DNA of 63,760 nt from Octopus sinensis (taxonomy: Eukaryota). Where the stretch lies: assembly GCF_006345805.1 (NCBI RefSeq), contig NW_021831860.1:1-63760 (forward strand). The letters are read 5' to 3'. The translations under genes and the position numbers were made by a program. Numbering within the stretch: the first letter of the stretch is position 1; each line of letters begins with the position of its first letter. This document shows, one piece after another, positions 1-12,942 of this stretch. The notes under the pieces were generated by a model. It did no database searches. It saw nothing but the letters and a program-made list of their open reading frames with translations, and was not told the DNA's origin.

Positions 1-619
1 TATAAATAATAATTCGAAATATATTAAAAAGTTTCGAATTGTTGGTTTTATGGAAAAAACATTTCTATCCCAGCAGTATAATTTTAGACCAACTTTTCCA
101 GGGGAAAAAGAACTCAGTCGATACCAAAAATATTTTTTAAATAATGAAATATAATATCAGAGAGTCATGGAATATAACCATATAATACAAAAATCAACAA
201 TTCAGTAATAGGAAAGTTACAAAATTAATGAATTGGTGAGAGATTAATCCATTAACTCGAATGATAATAAAAATAAAAAAATAAACAACAAATAAAGAAA
301 ACTAACCACAATACAAACAACGTGTGGCTCAGGATAATAATTTATAATATTATAGGCGCACCCCGAAGAAATATAAAAATTTAATTAATTATTAATTAAT
401 AGATAATAATTTTATATTCTATTCCTGTAGTTTCGCATTATAATATCATTGTCGCATTTTTTGATCCAGCCCTTTCCTGACGTTTAGTCAGCAAGAGGCG
501 CTGAACTGCACCTTCTCGAAGGTCTACAGTGCCAGAGAGAAGGAGGAAGAAGGGGAGGAGGTGCGTGGAGTGCCACCTTCTGCTCACTTCAAAGGCTCTG
601 GACTTAGTAAAATTACTTA

Positions 620-1300
620 GTTAATTAGTTTCTTTTTTAATAAAGGATTTAAGTCAAATCACAAGAGTTTTTCTGAAAATTGATATCAATTTCTGATCAT
701 GTCGCTTTTTAAATCTGTCAAGCCGGCCATTTGAAGCTTTGAAAGTGTTAGGCAATTTCCTTTATAAAAGGACCGGATATTGAAACCTTATCCTCTCGTG
801 GACTCACTGGAATTATGGTGCTGGCGCAAACTTTTGAATATAAATTGGTACGACAAAGTGTCAAATGTCGTTGTTCTCGAAAGGATTAAACCTACACTGT
901 CGCTTGTGGCGAAAGTTTGGAAGCAACAATTATCATATTTGGGGCACGTGCTTCGGGAGAATGATATAGGAAAAGAAATCCTGCTGTCTTCGTTCGCTGG
1001 AAAAAGGAAGCAGGGTAGACCAAAACTAAACTGGACATCTGAAGTAGTGAAACTTACCGGACATCATTTGTCGGAAATAGCAGAGCTGGTGGGGATAGAG
1101 TTTCGTAGAGGGACTTGTTTTACAGAATCGCCAATGGCCAGAATCGGCTGAATATGGCTTAACCTAACCTATCCTCTCGTAGTTTCTGAAATATTTTTAT
1201 TATCTGTATTATAAAATAATTTGTTCTTTAATATCAATGATTAATTTTGTTTCATAATTGATAGCCATCACAGCAAAAGTGTAAATACACGCGTAGATTA
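620..1300 (-). mobile_element. Degenerate pogo/Tigger transposase remnant (CENP-B HTH region), interrupted by an RTE insertion
   Basis: Minus-strand translation across the RTE gives IFQKLREDKVSISGPFIKEIA...FKASNG.LDRFKKRHD, like the pogo at 13702-14394. Boundaries approximate. Confidence 0.55.
800..1170 (+). mobile_element. 5'-truncated RTE-like LINE 3' end with (AACCT)n tail and target-site duplication
   Basis: ORF 780-1151 has ELWCWRKLL..W.DKVSN..V, YLGHVLR and GKRKQGRPK..W, typical of RTE C-termini. AACCTAACCT tail at 1161-1170. Direct repeat ATCCTCTCGT at 790-799 and 1171-1180. Confidence 0.85.
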
Positions 1301-1339
1301 AAACTACGTATTTATTAATAAAATATAATTTTTTTCCTT

Positions 1340-2110
1340 TACTCTTTGTAGGATTGGCCCCATAGCTTGCTCTTTGAGGATATTTCTCCCATTTTTACGA
1401 CATTCAAATAATGATATCCATCCCACCTTTCCATAGGCTTATAAAACGGAAGATGGTGTAGATTGGACGCAGATTTTGAGGTTTTATCGCCAACTCGAAA
1501 ATTTCACAAAATTTTTAGACTGTTTTCGGCTTTATACGACGCACAGCGTGTTGGAGGCTTTCGGTCAACCTCTTTACAATACTCTTTACAAAAGCGGCTA
1601 TATTGGTACGGCAATTAAAAAACGAAATTACTCTTATCGAATTGGAAATCCTTTCTTGGAACCGCCTGAAATACGAAATTACTTTCTTATCGAGAATGTC
1701 GCTTTTCTCCGGAGCAATAAGAGTTAGCGGAAAGTTTTCGTTTTTCTCGAAGGATCCGATGGAAGCGGGAGGTTAAAGTTTGTCCAAACAGACAGTAAGT
1801 AGGGGTACGAAGCCGACAAGGAGAGACCAGGGTACCCACGTGTTTGAGGCATTAGCGTCGTTAATAAAAGCGGACAAGAATTTGGATAGATGGAAATTTG
1901 GGGATGCTGCAAAGAATTTTTCAATAAGCGACAGTATTTGGAGAGTTTGACACAAAAGGCGTCCTGGATCGACGAGGACCGGATGTTTTGGGAGGGTAGG
2001 ATGGAAAATATTGACAAGAAGTGGATCTCAGAATTCGGATGCCGCCGTGTGGAGCCGAGGCTGCTTCCTTCTTGTGTTAATTCATGGGACTTGTTGAAAT
2101 TCAACTATTT
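1340..2110 (-). mobile_element. Probable degenerate LINE ORF2 fragment (endonuclease-to-RT linker)
   Basis: GC-richer, intron-less, frameshifted coding-like segment with only weak similarity by eye. Confidence 0.3.
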
Positions 2111-2372
2111 GAACATGAGTAACTGGAATTGGTTATGTTTTAAGCTTATCAACAAATCTAAAGTAAACATCCGATTTATCTTTACTATTTTGAACATTTG
2201 TAGCTATTTTTGAAAATTCTTACTCATATTATATACAGAATGACACAATCCCCATTTATCAAATTAAAATCTCATCCGTAATTTGGAATATTAACAATTC
2301 AATCATCAAAGGTAAATTCAGAAAGTCAATTGTAATTCAAAACTGATTTAAACAAAATTTATAATAAAAAAG

Positions 2373-5189
2373 TTATTTAAAAGTAGATGTTTTCCCCTTG
2401 GTAAACTTTTTCTTGGAACGAATTTTCTCAAAAATCTAAATATCTATACACAAATACGTAACAACCCCCTTAGTCTTTTTCCGAGGGTTTAGTTTCCCAT
2501 CTTTCTTGCCTAAAAATATAATACAGCCACCAGAACCTTTATTTTCATGAACTGAAGTTTCTCTGACCTTACTTTGATAATCAAACGGTGTGAAATGATC
2601 TGTTTTCTTAATCTACCAAATAAGACTACAAAAATGCCTTTTTGGGTAAAAAATTCTTAGCCTCGATGGGATTCACCACGAGTTTCTTGTCACGTTTTCC
2701 GGAAAATGAATAATAGGACTGCGTCCTGACCTCATTTGATGGATTAAACTCTTCATTAGTGATATTATCCTCCTGGACGACCATCTTTTCTTCTGACTTG
2801 ATAATATTTTCCTTGAATTTCCACTTTGACAAAGACTATTGATTCATATTTAAAAATAAACCTGTAAAAGACAATGTGTCGCCATTAAATCCTTAATCTT
2901 TGATTTTGAATAAATCTAATGGGAGATGAAGTAATTAAACCCACATGATATAATCCTATCCTACTCAATTCTGTCCCATCCAACGATTTCATCAATTGAG
3001 ACCCAATACGAGACTACAAGTATACAATTAAACCAGATTACACCTTTAATGTATCTGTGACCTTTTTAGTAGGATTCACCCTGTAAGCATCGCTCGCAAA
3101 TAAGCCAGAAATATTCTTCCGATCAACTAATTAGTTAGTCAAAAAAGTAAAACAAACCATATAACTCATTTTTAGCCCAATTATTGTCGGTCCCCGTAAA
3201 ATCGTGTAAATGAACAAAAGAAGTCACTTCCGTTTTGACACTCGGAATATTCGGTTGAGTAGACATCTTAAACTCAGAATAAACCTCGTTTAAAAAATTG
3301 TCAATCTAACATCATTTAAATCAAAATTATACAGCTTCGTCAGTAAGCGTTGAAGCCTTTACAAAAAATGAGAATATCTCTTCATGATATATACGAATGA
3401 GTGGAGGGAGAGGATTACAACAGGCTGTAATGCCTTCTCGGTCATTCGGCATTTTAAGACACAGTTCAAGCAGCATATTGGCTGACATTACATAAGCTTC
3501 GCTCTCGTCCTCTAAGCGGGCTATTCGATCTCGCCACTCATGTAACAAAATCAACGCATATTTTTGACGGGAATTTAATTCCAAAGAATTATTGATCAGC
3601 TTTAAAGAATCTAAATGGGAGAATTCTTTCTTTTTATAAACCTAATGAACTATTTAACTGGGGAATCTCACCTTAAGGCACAGCTGAGTACTTTTTTGGT
3701 AAACTTTATACAAGAGAGCATCATTTCCATTATTAATGAGTTCATTCTTCATGTTGTCGTATATATAAAGTAAATAATGTGTATCTTGCGACGCATATTT
3801 GAGCATATCTTTGGGAAGAGGTCTTAGAAATGAATGATTTGCCACAACCTTACACGCCAATCGGCTAGTTGGTAGCCTTTGTTGCAGGGTATTCCAATAA
3901 ATCTGTATAAAAGATAGGCTAATGAAAAGCGTGGATATCCCAATGTTCGTGCTGCCTGTCCCGTGTCAAACATGTTAACAACATAAACTGAAAAATCCTT
4001 TTGTAGCCAAATAATATCCGAATCTGACCCATGGAAAACCTTTAATATTAAAAAATCAAATCAAAAATAAATATTAAATAACAATTACTTTAAGAATGTT
4101 GGGATCAGTGAACACTTTATTAAGGACATTTAGTTCATGACGGAGTGAAAGTGCGTCGATTACGTAGTTTGACTGTCGAGTAGATATCTGTATAAGACAG
4201 GTAAATCCTTGAAATGATCGATACGAATGATGCTATTACTAATTATGGCAACTGGTGTACCTCTAAATCAACAGAAAATTCCGTCGTAGTAGAAAGAATA
4301 TCAATTAATTGATTCAATTGTTCGATTTTGTCTATAAAAATAATTTGTTCGTCGTCAAATGAAGTATAATTCTAGAATATAATTATGATGGAACCTGAGG
4401 TTGGAGTCTTTCTAGCTGTCTTTTCGGTACGTTGAACTGCAAAATTTCGTATTTGTAAGGATGGTCATAAAATTCAGTTTCATCTACCAATATTATTAAA
4501 AAAATATTAAAGAATTTAAATCAAACAAAAATATACCATCATGCCTTAAGGAGTTATACTTGAAGGTGATTTTGGCAACAAATTTTGATCCTCTTGAATT
4601 GTCAAGTTCATCACGAAAGTACATCTGTGGCCTGACGACATTTTTAGCAGTGAGCAAAGTGAACTATACAGATTTGATAAATAAAATTACTTTTTTGTCT
4701 GAATTTAGATTATTGTCAACAACGACTAGAGTTTCGGGTTTTTTGAGTCCACATTCCTCATCAAATGAATTATTCTGTTTAAAATAACACAATTTTTGTT
4801 ATACCACACGCTCCAGAATAATATCGTTGATGTCGACTAGTTTTTCCATGCTGTCACTTATATCAGTAAGACTATCCTTTGAAAAAATGTCGAGTCGAAT
4901 CATCGAATGGCGAAGAAGCTTCGAAATTCTACATCGGTTTATATTTGTATAAAATAACAATTTTGTTATCTTTTTTTCTTCGATCTCCATTAAATCCTTA
5001 AATTGGGGAAATAGAGAACAGTAATCGTCATAATCATCTGAATTTTGAGGGAGATTATTCACAGATTGAATACTTTTGCATAAATTATTTATTAAAATCT
5101 ATTTTTTAAAATTAAAAATCGTTTACTTTTTCAAAAGATCCCCATTCAGATAAATATTCATCGACTTTAGATGGTCGTTTCATATCCAT
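2373..5189 (-). CDS. EXOSC10: Exosome component 10 / Rrp6 (DEDDy 3'-5' exonuclease with HRDC), multi-exon
   Basis: Spliced translation gives EFSVDLE|[53 protein letters not shown]|[22 protein letters not shown] and [23 protein letters not shown] at 5189, TAA at 2373. GT-AG introns include 5099-5126 (28 nt), 4929-4958 (30), 4775-4804 (30), 4664-4690 (27), 4233-4260 (28), 4040-4088 (49) and 3823-3848 (26). Not every 3' exon was traced. Confidence 0.95.
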
Positions 5190-6099
5190 TAAATTAATAG
5201 CACCACACTATAAATATCGTGCTTTAATAATATTTATTTAAATATTTATTAAATAACATTAATTATATTTATATGATATTTAATTATCACTAAACATTTT
5301 TATTATTTGAGAATATTCATTTAGTGTATTCATAAAAGAAACTAATGCTTAAATTGAAGCAATGTCGGACGGGAAAATTATACATTAGAACAAAACCCAG
5401 AAGATTCTAAGAGTTATCTTCAACACCTTTCTAACTTTTTCAAGCCAGATCGAAATTTAGTTATGGCGGGTAGAAAAAAAGTTAACTTCCTGAAGGTATT
5501 CCTGGGGAACGCAGGAGAATATAAAAGCCTAAATGGTATAAATAACATATATTTAATACTTGGAACCTAAGGTCGGCTTTGACACAATTCCATCCTATGT
5601 CAAGAAAATTGGAATAATTATTACTTTTCTTCATAGATGATCGACAGTTCATTTGCAAACAGGTCGTATTTGTGAAATTTCTCCACTTCAACTTGCTTTA
5701 AACGATCTTGTGAAGTAATGCCAACTTCGATTAAATTTATTTATTTTTTCCTCTTGTCATACACAAAAATCTCAGGTTTACTGAATTGGACTTTCGTTTC
5801 AGTCATAAATTGTGACTTTTGGTTGCCCTAGTCATAATTGACGTGACAGGTCTAATTTCGACATTTTGGATCGACATTATTGACACAATAGAATGTCCCT
5901 TCAATCTCCTGCTTCGTTTAATTCCATACATTCGACATAATTTAAGATATATAAACTTAGCCACTTCTTTAAATAAATTGACAATAATATAGACGGAATT
6001 TTAAAGAAAACATTTATTAGTTGCAACCTCACAATATGAAAATGTCATTCTTATTTTGATTGGGAACATTATTGAATAACATTTATATATCTCAAAGTT

Positions 6100-7060
6100 A
6101 TAAAATGCAAAACAACATTGTATATGAACCAAAAAAATTTTAGAAAACCAATTCTTAGAAAACTAAATCAAAGTAAAAAAGATCAGACTTTCGGGTCATA
6201 AGGATAAAATGATTTGTGATCGATGGGACAATTGTATACGAATGTAATGCCCATTTTACGAGATTTTTAGTAATCTCTTTTCTCAATTAATGGGCCAGCT
6301 GTTTCCAAAGAGTTTTGTCAAAAGAAATGATGTACACAGGGGACACAAAATAAGAAAAAACGTATGAAACTTCTTTTGTGTTTCAGTTACACGGGAGAAA
6401 AATATAAACCGCTTATAATCGTGCCTACGAAGTTAGCAAGAGTATCAAAAAGCGTGAATCTGAAAAAAAATCGGCATTGAATATGATGTTTTGTGCAAAG
6501 CCTGGATGACAAAAAATTAATTGACAATGCAACTTGTCATGCTATTTCTGGAAAACTTTCAGACGTCAGCGTAATGTTTTTCCCAAAAAATACAACCTCC
6601 TTAATTCAGGCATGTGACCAAAGGATAATAAAGGCATTTGAGAATTATTTCAAAAACTGGATGATGAAAACGATTATCTATAATGAAAATCTTGCACCAC
6701 AAATAGACGAAGCAATAGTGGGAATCACACTATTGGATGCTATTTCATGTGCAAAATTGGCATGAGACGAGATTACAAACACTTCAATACAACATTCAAT
6801 ACAAACACTTTAAGCTTTAGAATATGACTGTCGAGAAAAAGAAAACGCTGGAGAAAGTCTAATTGTTTCGGATATTGTGTAAAATGCTATTTATTAGAGT
6901 TTGTGGGATGATAACAGTAGTGATGAAGAGGGCTATAAAAAAACAATTTCCGGAACATTTTGGTGATCAACAAGTTATAAACAATGCAGATTGCGGATTC
7001 AAAATGCTGGTAAATTAAGCAAGAGACTCCAGAAAATGTATTTGATCTATCCACATTCAA
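6100..7060 (+). mobile_element. Degenerate pogo/Tigger DDE_1 transposase fragment
   Basis: ORF 6493-6765 has DNATCH, FFPKNTTSLIQACDQ.II..F and ITLLDAI. Upstream LLCFSYTGEKYKPLII. Confidence 0.75.
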
Positions 7061-7068
7061 AACAAATA

Positions 7069-7213
7069 CAGTAAACTCTCTAATCCCCACATATCGGTCA
7101 GGAACCAAAATGATGGATTCGAAAGGGTTTTTATCGATTTTCTAAATTATTTTCCTATAAACACATGAAAAATTAATTTTTTGTAAATGTGGGGGATTCG
7201 AAAGAGTTTACAT
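7069..7213. mobile_element. Possible ~145-bp pogo-type MITE
   Basis: TA|CAGTAAACTCTCTAATCCCCACAT at 7069 and the imperfect inverse ATGTGGGGGATTCGAAAGAGTTTAC near 7187-7211. Confidence 0.4.
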
Positions 7214-7989
7214 TATTATTAGTTAGATGCGAAAAAAACAAAACACTCGATTAAAATTTACTAATTTTTTTATTAAAAAATAAAAATTAGAGTTATCTGT
7301 CTTGGTTATATTACAAAGGTAGGATATTGAACAGGAGAGTTCGAAATTTAAAAAAATTAAGGAAACTCTCTTGGTACTCTAATTTTATATGTGTTTCTAA
7401 TAAATAAATCAAATGAGCCACATATCTTAATTTAGACTTTTAACACATGAAACTTTTTTACGAACACCAGCTCTCCTGAGAAAAATTTTGGAGAGATGCC
7501 TCGATTATTATTTCGCCTTTATACCCAGCTTTAATAATCGATTTGCACGTCAGAACCGCGATAGATTTCTACCGTTGTTTCAACTTCCTTCATCTTAACC
7601 AGATATTGTTCGGCATCTTTTGGTTCTTAAAGCATTAGCGAACACTCCCTGGTAAACTGTAATTACAGTTAGAAGCGTATGTTGCAGGTTTAATACCTTC
7701 ACCTCAAGTTACTTTTATTTCGCAGCATGAAATAACTTCATTAGACTTTTTAATATAGTAATCTTCTTGGTCCGTGTTTTAAGACAGGTAGGATCGATCA
7801 CTCATGCATGTCAATTATTTAAAGGCTAATCCTCCGTACTCAACAACAAGCGGCTAGAGTTATTACCCTAACAATAAACAGGGTACACAGCCATGAAAAA
7901 ACTAGCAACTATACTATTTTAGTTCAATTTTAACACTTTTTTCATTAATTTTGACACTGCAGTAAGCAATATTGACATTTTTTACATCA

Positions 7990-8790
7990 ATTTTGATAAT
8001 ACAATATTTAATTTTTACATTTTGAGATCAATTTTGACAAACATTTGTATTAAGAGCACACATATAGTTAGAACACTCATTACAGCTGCTTTGTTTTTTT
8101 TAGTATAATTTTTTTTTTGCAAAATAACAAGAAAAATAGAGAAGTTAACTAATTTAGATGCTTTGTTAATTATAAAAGTGCTCAAAAGGGCAAATTTTTA
8201 TTAACTTATTAAATTTCGCAAATAACAAGCTATTTACAGATGAAAAATTTATTACAGAATGCATGGTTGATGCAGACAGTATGTCCTGACTTTTAGTCAA
8301 ATTTGAAGCTATTTCCATTTTACGAAGAACAATTGTGGATTACTGCAAGAAAAAAATTATTTGACAGTATCGTTGACTGCCTAACCACATCTGGGTTTGT
8401 ACTGGATCGCCAGGAAAGTATTAAAATCGATGACACTTCTTAACTTATTAATTATCATAACGGCCTTTCTAAATGATTAAATGATGAAATCACAGATTTT
8501 CTACTATTTTTTCGTTGTATTAATCAAGAAAGCCTTTCAAAAAGTTGTATTTCTTTAGTTTAAAAGACATTTCTCACCACCTTAAAAGTAAATTGAAAAT
8601 AAAGAATGCGTTCCTGATTTTTCATTGTATTGTTTGCATCAACATATATGAGCAAACTTTATTCCTCAAGAAAGTTAACCAGAATATGAAAAGATAACTT
8701 TACAGACTTAAATCTTTCGCCAATCAACAAACCTATTTTAACACCTGATTTTGACAGACAGTCTCACCATTCTCATTCATATTTTTTATA
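7990..8790 (+). mobile_element. Highly degenerate hAT (SPIN/GTF2IRD2-like) transposase remnant
   Basis: Broken frames contain FTDEKFITECMVDA, VCPDF, RRTI and FHCI-type motifs. Confidence 0.45.
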
Positions 8791-9132
8791 AATAGGCACT
8801 TTTAAGTATCATTGATTTACATGTATATAAATTGTATTTAAATTACCGTTTTTACAGGATTTAGGGATTGACATCAAATTTTGTGTTCATTAAAAAAAGT
8901 TTTAGATGTACTTACTTTGCTCTCAATTCTACAGATTCTAATAAAAATAAAAGGTTCCTCAAATCAACGGATTTTTCCGCTGAATGTTTGACTTTTGTTA
9001 TAATAAAAATGTCTTTTATACTCGTGGTTTTATCTGCTGCCTGATTAAAAGGACAAGTTTCTTGTAACTATCTTAACTAAAAAGAAAATATTCAAAAATT
9101 AAATAAAGACAATAAATAGTCCAGATATTTAA

Positions 9133-9931
9133 TCAAAAATCAGTTAAATTTAACTATAAGATTTAAAATTTTACAAACGAAAAACATATTCCAAGAAACT
9201 ATAAATATTAATAATAAAATATAAACCGTGACTAAACAAACACTCCCACTGACTGCCGTTAATGGAATTTTGTTTTCTTCGATTAATGATATTATTTTAT
9301 GCACGCATCCCTAAAATACATTAAAAAGTAGAAAACAGTTTCATAAATGTTAATTTTAAAAAGATTTTCAGAAATATAACAACTTGATGTAATATTTCCA
9401 TTATAATCGTCAGGGGAATAAGCACCGCAGCATTGGAAGGTTTTTTGCCAAAAGTCGACTTCTGGACTGGTTTCTTCATATTTTTTAATGACCCATGAAA
9501 ACCCACTTTTAAATTTTTCAACACACTAGAAATAACTATTAACACATACGCTAGATGTGTGAAAATAAAATAAGGACAGGATAGTTAAGACGAATCCACA
9601 AACGAAAAAAAGAATGATAACATACTATAGTAATTTATTAAAAAAATTAGTCTACAATTATTCTGCAAAAAAGACGCTTTTTTGTTTTCAGTGATAAAAT
9701 TCCACATATTAATCCAATAAAAATCATTACAGCAATAATTATATAAAAAATCCCTGAATATTGAATAGTTTTTATCGACGGATTTCCCAGATTGAGATAG
9801 TTCCGGAGAACCATGGCTCCAGCATAGACAAAAATTTCTGTAATTAACTATAAAAATAAAAATTAATCATATTTTTATACAAAAAGAAGTATTACGTTCA
9901 ACCAAGTAAAAAGGGGACGTATAACATTCAT
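9133..9931 (-). CDS. Tetraspanin (about 211 aa, 7 exons, all introns phase 0)
   Basis: Spliced ORF starts MNVIRPLFTWLNVILLF|LITEIFVYAG and has four hydrophobic segments. The large loop reads DFWQKTFQCCGAYSPDDY..SSC...YET|GC. Introns are 9848-9880 (33), 9625-9655 (31), 9526-9549 (24), 9311-9336 (26), 9199-9226 (28) and 9154-9174 (21). If the last is retained, the stop is at 9163. The ORF track misses this gene. Confidence 0.9.
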
Positions 9932-10059
9932 TTGAATTGTGTTTTAATCAATTTCCGTTGATTCATAATTAATAAATAACGATTTGTATAATTGCTAAAA
10001 ATGGAGATTTTATCTTGTCGTTGAAAGCTATTTTTAGAAACAAATGTGTTAAATTTTTG

Positions 10060-10780
10060 ATTAAACTAACACAATTTAAGCCATTTTTCCAACTCTCATG
10101 ACAGTTTCTGAACACGCGTTAATTTACTCGTTAACAATAAACAATCCAAACCGGCTGATTTACTCAATGGTACGATTAAGATCTTCAACTTCTTATTGAG
10201 ATACAAATCTGCGTCTAAAGCACGAATAACATTACCGAAGTATAAAAACTTAATCTTGGAGTTATGCAGCTCCGAAATTGTCAGAGCTTACATGAAGGAA
10301 ATATGTACTTTAAATACATTCAGCAAAGGCAGGCATAAACATGCCTTATTATCTTGGAGAAAATACTAAATACTCAGTTCTTGGCCGTAAGCGATTGTGC
10401 AAAGAACTTTTTGATGCGACTTAGCCTTGTTCTTCAGTAAGAATGCTAAATTTTTCTCTCCATATTAATACTCCAATTGGAATTTTCATAATTTTTCATA
10501 CTCAGTATTTGATAGAACATAGCATAGACTTTTGTTGGTCCATTGAGTTACGTGTATAGTCATTGATATACCTATCTAACACACGATTAAAACACTTTAT
10601 TAAGGAAAGGTCGCAGTATAGCCAACGATTTCAATCACTCCCTGAAGTTAAATGTTTTTTACATTTAGAAAGAGTTGACTATCATCCTCGAAATTAAACG
10701 TATAATTCATTTAAATTATCCGAATAACAAGATTTGAAGGATTCCCATTCGTAGTCGTTGAATTATCGCTATTGTTTTTT
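10060..10780 (-). mobile_element. Very degenerate integrase-like (Ginger-type) remnant
   Basis: Broken frames retain LHVSSDN and SQ*EVEDLNRTI, resembling rve D and E motifs. Confidence 0.35.
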
Positions 10781-10829
10781 TGCTAATTAAATATTAATAA
10801 AATGTACAACCAACATTATTTAATATCAA

Positions 10830-11180
10830 AGACGAGGAAACGAAGTCTTGATGGTCCTAGTGCGCCTGAGGTTTCGACAGACACTAATTCGAAGATGAAT
10901 ATGTCTGGAAGAGCTTATTTACTAGCTTATATATCAAACATTAGGAATCGCCAGCAAGGCCGCGACTCAATTCCTTACTGACATTGGTAGAAAAATTTCC
11001 TCGAAAATAAACTGCCAGAGGGAGACAAGCTAGCTCTTTCAGCGAATCTCGGTCGCCGTACCCAGCTGAAACTGCCATTCAATACACAGTGCGATGTCGT
11101 TGAGCTGACCCTTTGGTTCTTGACGACTCTTTCAGCCACCTACCCTAGTTAGTATCTATCTTTTTTCTTTAAATAAATTA
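10830..11180 (+). mobile_element. CRE-clade non-LTR retrotransposon 3' remnant
   Basis: Degenerate RPDG/WD.T-like region followed by LFQRISVAV, the C-terminal signature shared with other CRE copies here. Confidence 0.55.
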
Positions 11181-11252
11181 TCAACATGAAAAAAAAATAT
11201 CAAAATCAAGATTCGAAATCGTGTTTTGCCTTCTGATGTTGAAAACCTTTTT

Positions 11253-11265
11253 AAAAAACAAAAAA
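11253..11265 (-). terminator. RNA Pol III oligo-T terminator of the tRNA
   Basis: TTTTTTGTTTTTT immediately 3' of the discriminator base on the minus strand. Confidence 0.75.
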
Positions 11266-11346
11266 TACCAGCAGTGGGATTCGAACCCACGCACATTACT
11301 GTAATACCACCTTAAGCTACCGCCTTAACCGCTCGGCCATGCTGGC
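11266..11346 (-). tRNA. tRNA-Leu(AAG), 81 nt, type II with variable arm
   Basis: Reverse complement is GCCAGCA TG GCCGAGCGGTTAAGGC G GTAGC TTAAGGT GGTAT TACAGTAATGTGC GTGGG TTCGAAT CCCAC TGCTGGT A. Acceptor, D and T stems pair, the variable arm has a GTAA loop, the discriminator is A73, and an oligo-T run follows. Confidence 0.9.
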
Positions 11347-11931
11347 GTCTATCGTCTATCTACAAATTCTATTATGATCAGCCACTCTCCTATGTACTTA
11401 ATTAAGGTTAGGGGTATACTTTTTCTAACTTAATAGTCACTTCGAAACCATCTTTTAAACCCTAGGTCGGCAAAAGCTGGATTGCCAGCCTTTGGTGGCT
11501 CTTTTAAGTTTTAATTTTTTTTAGAATTAGCAGAAGTTTTTCTTTGATTTTCAGAAATAATTTTAATTATAATCGATAAAAGGGCCAGCGGTCTGACGGA
11601 TTGCCAAATTGTTCCCCCTGAGAACGGCGATCGAGAACCGCTGGAAAATACCGATTCAAAAGGCCAATTAAAATAAAGGCAAACGTTCCGAACTAATGAT
11701 TGAACTTTAAATTTTTGAAAAAATGATGTTTTATATTTGAACCATGTTTGCTTTAAAATAGTAAAATTATTTACAATGTGAATTATTTTTATTTTTGATA
11801 TTATAAATTGCAACATTAGCAAATTATAATTTACATCAAATTTTTTGGCAAGTTTGTAACAACTCTAACTCTAAATGATTTCAACGTTATTTATAAACAG
11901 ATTCATCATAAAAATGACACTAAAAAAACAA

Positions 11932-12000
11932 ACCCTAACCCCTAACCTAACCTAACCCCTAACCTAGCACCTAACCTAACCCCTAACCTAACACCTAACC
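11932..12000. repeat. Short mixed (CCTAA)/(CCCTAA) telomere-like array
   Basis: accctaacccctaacctaacctaacccctaacctagcacctaacctaacccctaacctaacacctaacc seen directly. Confidence 0.85.
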
Positions 12001-12119
12001 ATTCTCAATCGAAACAGTATGTGGTGCTGCAGTTAATTGAAGTTTGAGTTCAATTTTTTTAAATTCGTTAAATCGCTCTTCAAATTTTTTTTTGTACTAT
12101 TTGATAATAACTACAAGTT

Positions 12120-12500
12120 AATTAATAAAAGCTTCATGGGCGGGAAGCCGACGCGATCGAGAAAGAGTTAGAGCGTACTATCGCAAGGGATATCCGCTCG
12201 AAAAACCATCTCGATTCGCGGGCGTCGCCTGTGATGGCAGACATGCGGGACCCGATCTCCTGAACGAAGCTGATTGCCTTACTGCCCAAGGAACCGGAAG
12301 TCTCAACCGCGAATGGAAGGAATTGGAACTTCTCCGTAAGTGAGGAGTACTTCCGCATCTTTTTGCATTCCGCGGTTGTGACAATGGATCCAGAAGCGGA
12401 TGCGGACATCAGCAGGTTCTGAGGCGAGAAAGGAGGCGAGAAAGAGTCCACACACGTGGCATCCCAGGTGAGAGGCTTCCCCCTGTTGAAGGGAAAGTTT
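12120..12500 (-). mobile_element. CRE-clade retrotransposon 3' fragment (restriction-like endonuclease end)
   Basis: WDATCVDS..., KMRKYSSL, FLPFAVETSGSLG and FERISLAIVRSNS. Confidence 0.8.
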
Positions 12501-12942
12501 CAAAATATAATCGAATATAGTATTAAATGTATTTGGTGTAATGAGTAAAAGTTTGATATTTCTTTTCGTAAATCAAGCACACGACATGCTGTTTCACCTT
12601 GTGATAGCCATCGAATTTGTCATGGTGTAAAATGTCTTCAGCAGATATTTCACTACCGGAAAGAATTGTACAAAACTGTCTATGTCTCAATGCATTGTTT
12701 CGGATATATATAATAATTTGTTTTACTTCATTAAGTGTATCTTCAAATTTTTTTCATTTGTGAACAAAGTGCTTGTTGGTGAAATGAAAAAGAAAATAAT
12801 TGTGTTTTAAAAAATTCAAAATAAGTAAAAAAACGATTAACGAAATAAAATCGGAAAATATCACAAAAATGATGAAATTTCAAATAATTTAACCATTAAA
12901 AGAAACTACATACCGAAATATTCCTTTGAATCCAATTAAATA

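Noticed and set aside
470-600. Purine-rich GC island as an exon or ncRNA
   Set aside because: No recognisable motif, splice context or structure, so it is left unassigned.
9321-9545. Track ORF MLIVISSVLK as the gene product
   Set aside because: It is the wrong frame. The overlapping frame gives the tetraspanin CCG loop with GT-AG borders.
11266-11346. Reading the tRNA as Leu(TAA) from CT-TAA-GG
   Set aside because: That register gives no anticodon stem. The TT-AAG-GT register gives four of five pairs, G37 and a proper variable arm.
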